Source: a virus | Strand: one strand, 5' to 3' | IMG/VR virus record: IMGVR_UViG_3300027850_000003 | Coordinates: 65,970 to 129,969 of that record | Length of the DNA: 64,000 nt | Part shown: in pieces, positions 60,042 through 64,000 of the stretch | How positions within the stretch are numbered: position 1 is the first letter of the stretch | Layout of the letters: every line of letters begins with the position of its first letter | Position numbers and translations under genes: made by a program | The notes under the pieces: generated by a model | Seen by the model: the letters and a program-made list of their open reading frames with translations, nothing else | The model's database searches: none | Told to the model about the DNA's origin: nothing

Positions 60042-60828
60042 TATTTTCTTCCCGGTACATTTGTTTAACTAAGTTATTGATAGCAGGAACTACTTTACCT
60101 ATATCCATTGAGTAGAGATTAGCGCAAGAAAAGGAGTTGAGTTCTATTACCCCTAGTTTGCCAGTGTCAGTATTAAATCCTATATCTACTGTAAAAGTTC
60201 TATCAGGAATAAGAAGACTACTATCCTTTAATATGTTCTCTAAATATAGTTGAGCTATTGAATTTCCCCCTTCTCCATAAGATAGATATCTAGTACCAGT
60301 AATCACTTCTTTATCTACTACTAAGAACCTATATTCATCTTCAATACATTTTTCACTAGCTTGAACAATTAACTGAGTGTAAGATAAATTTTCCCTTAAG
60401 AGTTGTTCACTACTATATATTCCACCATCAAATCTCTTATCTCCTTCGTTAGGTCTAAAGAAATAAGATTCATTATTACTATTTCTCTGAAGGATTGACT
60501 TCATAGTTACTGTCCAGTCGTCATTTAAGAGATATGGACTCCAAGATGGATAATAAGTAGTACAATCAAAGTTTTTAAGAGTACAAATAGCCCCTGGTGA
60601 TATAGGATATTTATTTATCTCTCTAGCTCCTCTAAGACTTCCAATAAATATAGTAGTTACCTCTGAGTCTACTAAACCTCCATATTTATCCTTATAGTTA
60701 AAACTAATAATATCTTGATAATTAGTTTCCTTATAATAAATTTCCTTGTCCTTAAGATATTTTAATAAGTTTTCTGTATAGTCTAAGACATCTGATTCGA
60801 TAATCCATCTAACATCTAAGTTTTCCAT
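60034..60828 (-). CDS. ATP-grasp (R2K/DUF4343-like) protein
   Basis: FFRP..KRFDG, EYRFLVVD, FTVDIG, VIELNSFSCA. Confidence 0.75.
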   Translation of the reverse strand: MENLDVRWIIESDVLDYTENLLKYLKDKEIYYKETNYQDIISFNYKDKYGGLVDSEVTTIFIGSLRGAREINKYPISPGAICTLKNFDCTTYYPSWSPYLLNDDWTVTMKSILQRNSNNESYFFRPNEGDKRFDGGIYSSEQLLRENLSYTQLIVQASEKCIEDEYRFLVVDKEVITGTRYLSYGEGGNSIAQLYLENILKDSSLLIPDRTFTVDIGFNTDTGKLGVIELNSFSCANLYSMDIGKVVPAINNLVKQMYREENND

Positions 60829-60829
60829 A

Positions 60830-61027
60830 TTAGTTTTTATCTATTACAAGGTAAACTTCTATTTTCTTTATTGTCACTATTCCCAAATTTAAGTCTAAGA
60901 GATAATTTTCTAACTCTCTAGGCAATTCTAAGATATCTTTAACATAAAATATTTCTACTCCACTATCGCTTATCTCTGTCCTAGTAGAATTCCAATAATT
61001 AAAGTCGATTCGTACTCTATATCTCAT
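60830..61027 (-). CDS. Hypothetical protein
   Basis: 65-aa ORF. Confidence 0.45.
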   Translation of the reverse strand: MRYRVRIDFNYWNSTRTEISDSGVEIFYVKDILELPRELENYLLDLNLGIVTIKKIEVYLVIDKN

Positions 61028-61039
61028 GTTTTACTAATT

Positions 61040-61522
61040 CTATATCCCTTTACTATGATTATTTTCTTCTTCTCTTATAGTAGAAAGAATTTTTATATCT
61101 AACTCATATAACTTATCCTTAGTAATAAGACTTAGAAATTTAACTATAAACAAGATAGCTGAATAGTATATATAAGCAATCTTTTCTCCATTACGAATAA
61201 AGATTAATAAATCTCTAGTAGAATAGCTAGAAGCACTTTTACCTCTAAAGATTAAGTAAAATAGTGGGTTTTTAGTAGATACTCTATCATTACTCTTTAC
61301 TGTCTTATTATTATACTCAACTGCTTCTACGAGATACTTAGTAGGAATAATCTCTTTCCTCTTATCTAGTAATGCAAATAACATCTTAGAGTGCTTCCTT
61401 TCATCTATTGCTAATTGAGAGAAGAAAGAAGAATACTCATCATCTCTTCTACTTATTTTTTCATAGAAGTTAGAAAGAGAGTATTCGTAATGAGCTAATT
61501 TATGATAAATATAATTTAACAA
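61040..61522 (-). CDS. Ferritin-like di-iron protein (putative)
   Basis: YE..FY, DERKH, GEKIAY, EEENNH motifs. Confidence 0.6.
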   Translation of the reverse strand: MLNYIYHKLAHYEYSLSNFYEKISRRDDEYSSFFSQLAIDERKHSKMLFALLDKRKEIIPTKYLVEAVEYNNKTVKSNDRVSTKNPLFYLIFRGKSASSYSTRDLLIFIRNGEKIAYIYYSAILFIVKFLSLITKDKLYELDIKILSTIREEENNHSKGI

Positions 61523-63221
61523 AAGACTTGCATTTATTTAGAACTATTTCTAGTATAAATCTAAAGTCTAAGTCTTTGATATTTTTATAAGTAAAATTTT
61601 TATAAGATAAATAGAAGAAGAATAATCTGGTAAGTAACCTTTTATACTTTTCCTCATTTTCAGAATATCTCATAAGTATATTCTTACCTTGGTCAAATTG
61701 ATTTTTAGTATTAGAGGATAGTGAATTTTCTACTTGCCTATAGGTTATTAAATATTCCTTAGTACATTTGAAGCTAACTACTTTAGATAATTGGATAAGA
61801 AAATCCCAGTCTTCACATCCACTATAAGACTCATCAAATCTTAAGTCTTTGTACTCCTCTAATATTTCAGCTTTTACAAATAGATTACTTCCACATTCTA
61901 AGAAGTTGTATTGAGTAGCATCATTATAAACTTTACCATTACAAATTTTACTCTTATCTTCTATTTTATCTTTTAATACTCTTGAGTAAACACAGTCAAC
62001 ATAAGGATATCTCTTAAAGGTTTTTACTGATTTTTCTACTAACTCTTTATCCCAAGTATCATCTGCATCACAAAAAGAGTAGATATCTGCATTACTACTA
62101 AGACCTACATTACGAGTATAGGAGACACCTTTATTAGTCTTATTTCTTATAATATGTACTTTTTTTCGTAAATTAAGCGGTAGTGAAATATAATACTCTT
62201 CTAATATCTTTAAGCTATTATCCGTAGAGCAATCATCTATGACTACTACTCTTATATTCTGATATGTTTGATTTAAGATAAAGGTTAGTGTTTCAACTAT
62301 ATGTTTCTCCTTATTATATAAAGGAACTACTATAGTTACTTGGGGATTATCTTTTACCTCTAAGACTTTATTATTAACTACTAAGTCATAAACACTCTCT
62401 TTAGTTTTAGGATGCTCAAAGTAGTTACTAATATAGTTAAAATCAATAGTAAATTTTTCTTTTACTCCTTTATTAACTTTAGCTACTATCTTAGTTAATC
62501 TTTCCTCTTCTACTTCTTTTGTAGATTTAAAGATATTACTGTGATGCTTTTCAGTTTCTACTATAGGTAAAACTTCTCGTATATTAATTATTCTATTATC
62601 TACTAAAGACTGTACATCAGCTTTTATTTTTAAACTATCAACTATATCTTCTATTACCTCATAAGGATTATCTACTAAATCTCTATAATTTACACATAAA
62701 GAGTAAGGAGTATACTGTATTCTAGTAACATAGTAGTCTCGAATAATCAGATTTCCAGAAGTATCTTCGCCTCTAAGCTCTGCATAACTTCTAAGTATGT
62801 TATCTTTATTACTCTTAAGAATTAGATTACTATAAATAGAAATAAGAGACTCTTCATACTTTTCACAAGCTCCTAGTAAATCCGTCTCTCCGAATAATTC
62901 AGGATTCTTTCTACTACAGGATAAGAGAGAAAGTACAGTAGGAATAGGAGGTCTTATTAGATAGATAACATGAATATCTCTTTTACATCTATCTCTTAGA
63001 GCTTCAATATTCTCTAAGTGTAAGCAGTGTTCAGCGGTTTTTTCTATTACTATTTCTTCCTCCATAGAGTCAAAGTAATTAGCAATAAAATCTAAGTCAC
63101 CATTATTTAAAATTCTAGTTTCATATAAGACCTTAGTATTAGGCACTCCACATAAATAGGATAGAAGTAATGTAGTACCACTTCTAGGACAACCAACAAT
63201 GAAAATTAATTTCTTATTCAT
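61500..63221 (-). CDS. Sulfotransferase-family domain fused to GT2 glycosyltransferase
   Basis: FIVGCPRSGTTLL, IEKT; VPLYNKE, IDDCSTD, RNVG, FCDADD, EDWD. Confidence 0.85.
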   Translation of the reverse strand: MNKKLIFIVGCPRSGTTLLLSYLCGVPNTKVLYETRILNNGDLDFIANYFDSMEEEIVIEKTAEHCLHLENIEALRDRCKRDIHVIYLIRPPIPTVLSLLSCSRKNPELFGETDLLGACEKYEESLISIYSNLILKSNKDNILRSYAELRGEDTSGNLIIRDYYVTRIQYTPYSLCVNYRDLVDNPYEVIEDIVDSLKIKADVQSLVDNRIINIREVLPIVETEKHHSNIFKSTKEVEEERLTKIVAKVNKGVKEKFTIDFNYISNYFEHPKTKESVYDLVVNNKVLEVKDNPQVTIVVPLYNKEKHIVETLTFILNQTYQNIRVVVIDDCSTDNSLKILEEYYISLPLNLRKKVHIIRNKTNKGVSYTRNVGLSSNADIYSFCDADDTWDKELVEKSVKTFKRYPYVDCVYSRVLKDKIEDKSKICNGKVYNDATQYNFLECGSNLFVKAEILEEYKDLRFDESYSGCEDWDFLIQLSKVVSFKCTKEYLITYRQVENSLSSNTKNQFDQGKNILMRYSENEEKYKRLLTRLFFFYLSYKNFTYKNIKDLDFRFILEIVLNKCKSFVKLYLS

Positions 63222-63414
63222 ATTTTTTATCTAATATTTGATATTGTGCTACAAGAGTAATTATTTTACCAGTTCCTAGAATTATTCCATCTCCAACTCC
63301 TAGTTTTTCTGAGTTATTGACTCTTTTCTTTAAACAACATAGCCTTTCCTCTAACTCTTCTATCTCTGACAATAAAGTCTCTTTAACGAGTAAAAATTCA
63401 TCAACTCTCTTCAT
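63214..63414 (-). CDS. Hypothetical protein
   Basis: 66-aa ORF. Confidence 0.45.
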   Translation of the reverse strand: MKRVDEFLLVKETLLSEIEELEERLCCLKKRVNNSEKLGVGDGIILGTGKIITLVAQYQILDKKYE

Positions 63415-63766
63415 AATAAGTAAAAATAAATTGGTTTTTAAGTGAACTAATAAACCAGTCTAAAGTAGTTTCTGCTCTTAGTATATCGTAGTCTTTTTTA
63501 CGATGAGAGTTATATAGTTGAATAATTTCTCTAGCATATTCTTTAGTTCTATCTTCTACTTCATCTAAGGTTTCTTCAATAGACATCTGCCTCAAAAAAT
63601 AAGATATTATTTCGTATTTACTAAAATATTCCCAAGTAACACTTCCTAAAGGTTTGCATTCATCTATACTTGCATTTTGATAGTTAGTTGCTACATCTCT
63701 TAATTTCCTCATAATAAGAAATACTTTAGATTGTTCTTCTGAACTAAGATTTGCTATATAACTCAT
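63401..63766 (-). CDS. Hypothetical protein
   Basis: 121-aa ORF. Confidence 0.5.
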   Translation of the reverse strand: MSYIANLSSEEQSKVFLIMRKLRDVATNYQNASIDECKPLGSVTWEYFSKYEIISYFLRQMSIEETLDEVEDRTKEYAREIIQLYNSHRKKDYDILRAETTLDWFISSLKNQFIFTYYEES

Positions 63767-63999
63767 TTATTCTTTCGGCTCCTTGCTGCTCTAGCAGGTC
63801 TTGAACGTCCAACCTCCCGATGGATAGGCTCTTGGAGAGCGTCTATTAGATCCGCTGGATTCGTAGTACAATTAAGTGCATCTTCAGACAAATAACCTAA
63901 TTGTGGCTTTTGAGGCGCATTACCAAAGCCAACAACCTGCTTAAATTCCTCGTATTTACCTGCGACGAGTAGGTCAAAAAATAGATGATCATTACTGCC
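63763..63999 (-). CDS. 3' end of a gene running off the window
   Basis: Open frame ...FFDLLVAGKYEEF...RAARSRKNK* with ATGA overlap to the next gene. Confidence 0.5.
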   Translation of the reverse strand, partial: GSNDHLFFDLLVAGKYEEFKQVVGFGNAPQKPQLGYLSEDALNCTTNPADLIDALQEPIHREVGRSRPARAARSRKNK

Positions 64000-64000
64000 T

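Noticed and set aside
1-64000. Stop-codon reassignment
   Set aside because: Genes are long and tightly packed under the standard code, and TAA, TAG and TGA all terminate genes

Overview
AT-rich segment of a tailed dsDNA phage, probably a long-tailed siphovirus. A cyanobacterial host is inferred, not proven. It runs from the 3' end of the terminase large subunit through the head genes (MuF, prohead protease, scaffold, decoration protein, major capsid), a lysis cassette, neck and tail genes, a -1 frameshifted tail chaperone, a 3228-aa tape measure and tail tip/fibre genes, then into an opposite-strand accessory block. One tRNA-Arg(UCU) is present. No integrase, CRISPR array or reverse transcriptase was seen. 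Two things stand out. (1) Three divergent SF2-helicase-like genes with a lysine-less Walker A interrupt the virion genes, each beside its own inverted/direct-repeat boxes. Their C-terminal module also occurs fused to a GIY-YIG nuclease and as a start-less remnant, suggesting a modular, sequence-targeted helicase/nuclease selfish element or origin system. (2) A dispersed family of basic proteins shares an N-terminal x-[N/E/T]-F leader, RSDKG(R/K)KR or KVKG motifs and Gly-rich helices; one carries a lipase-like domain. They may be protease-processed, capsid-packaged effectors. All functional calls come from motif recognition by eye; no database search was run.
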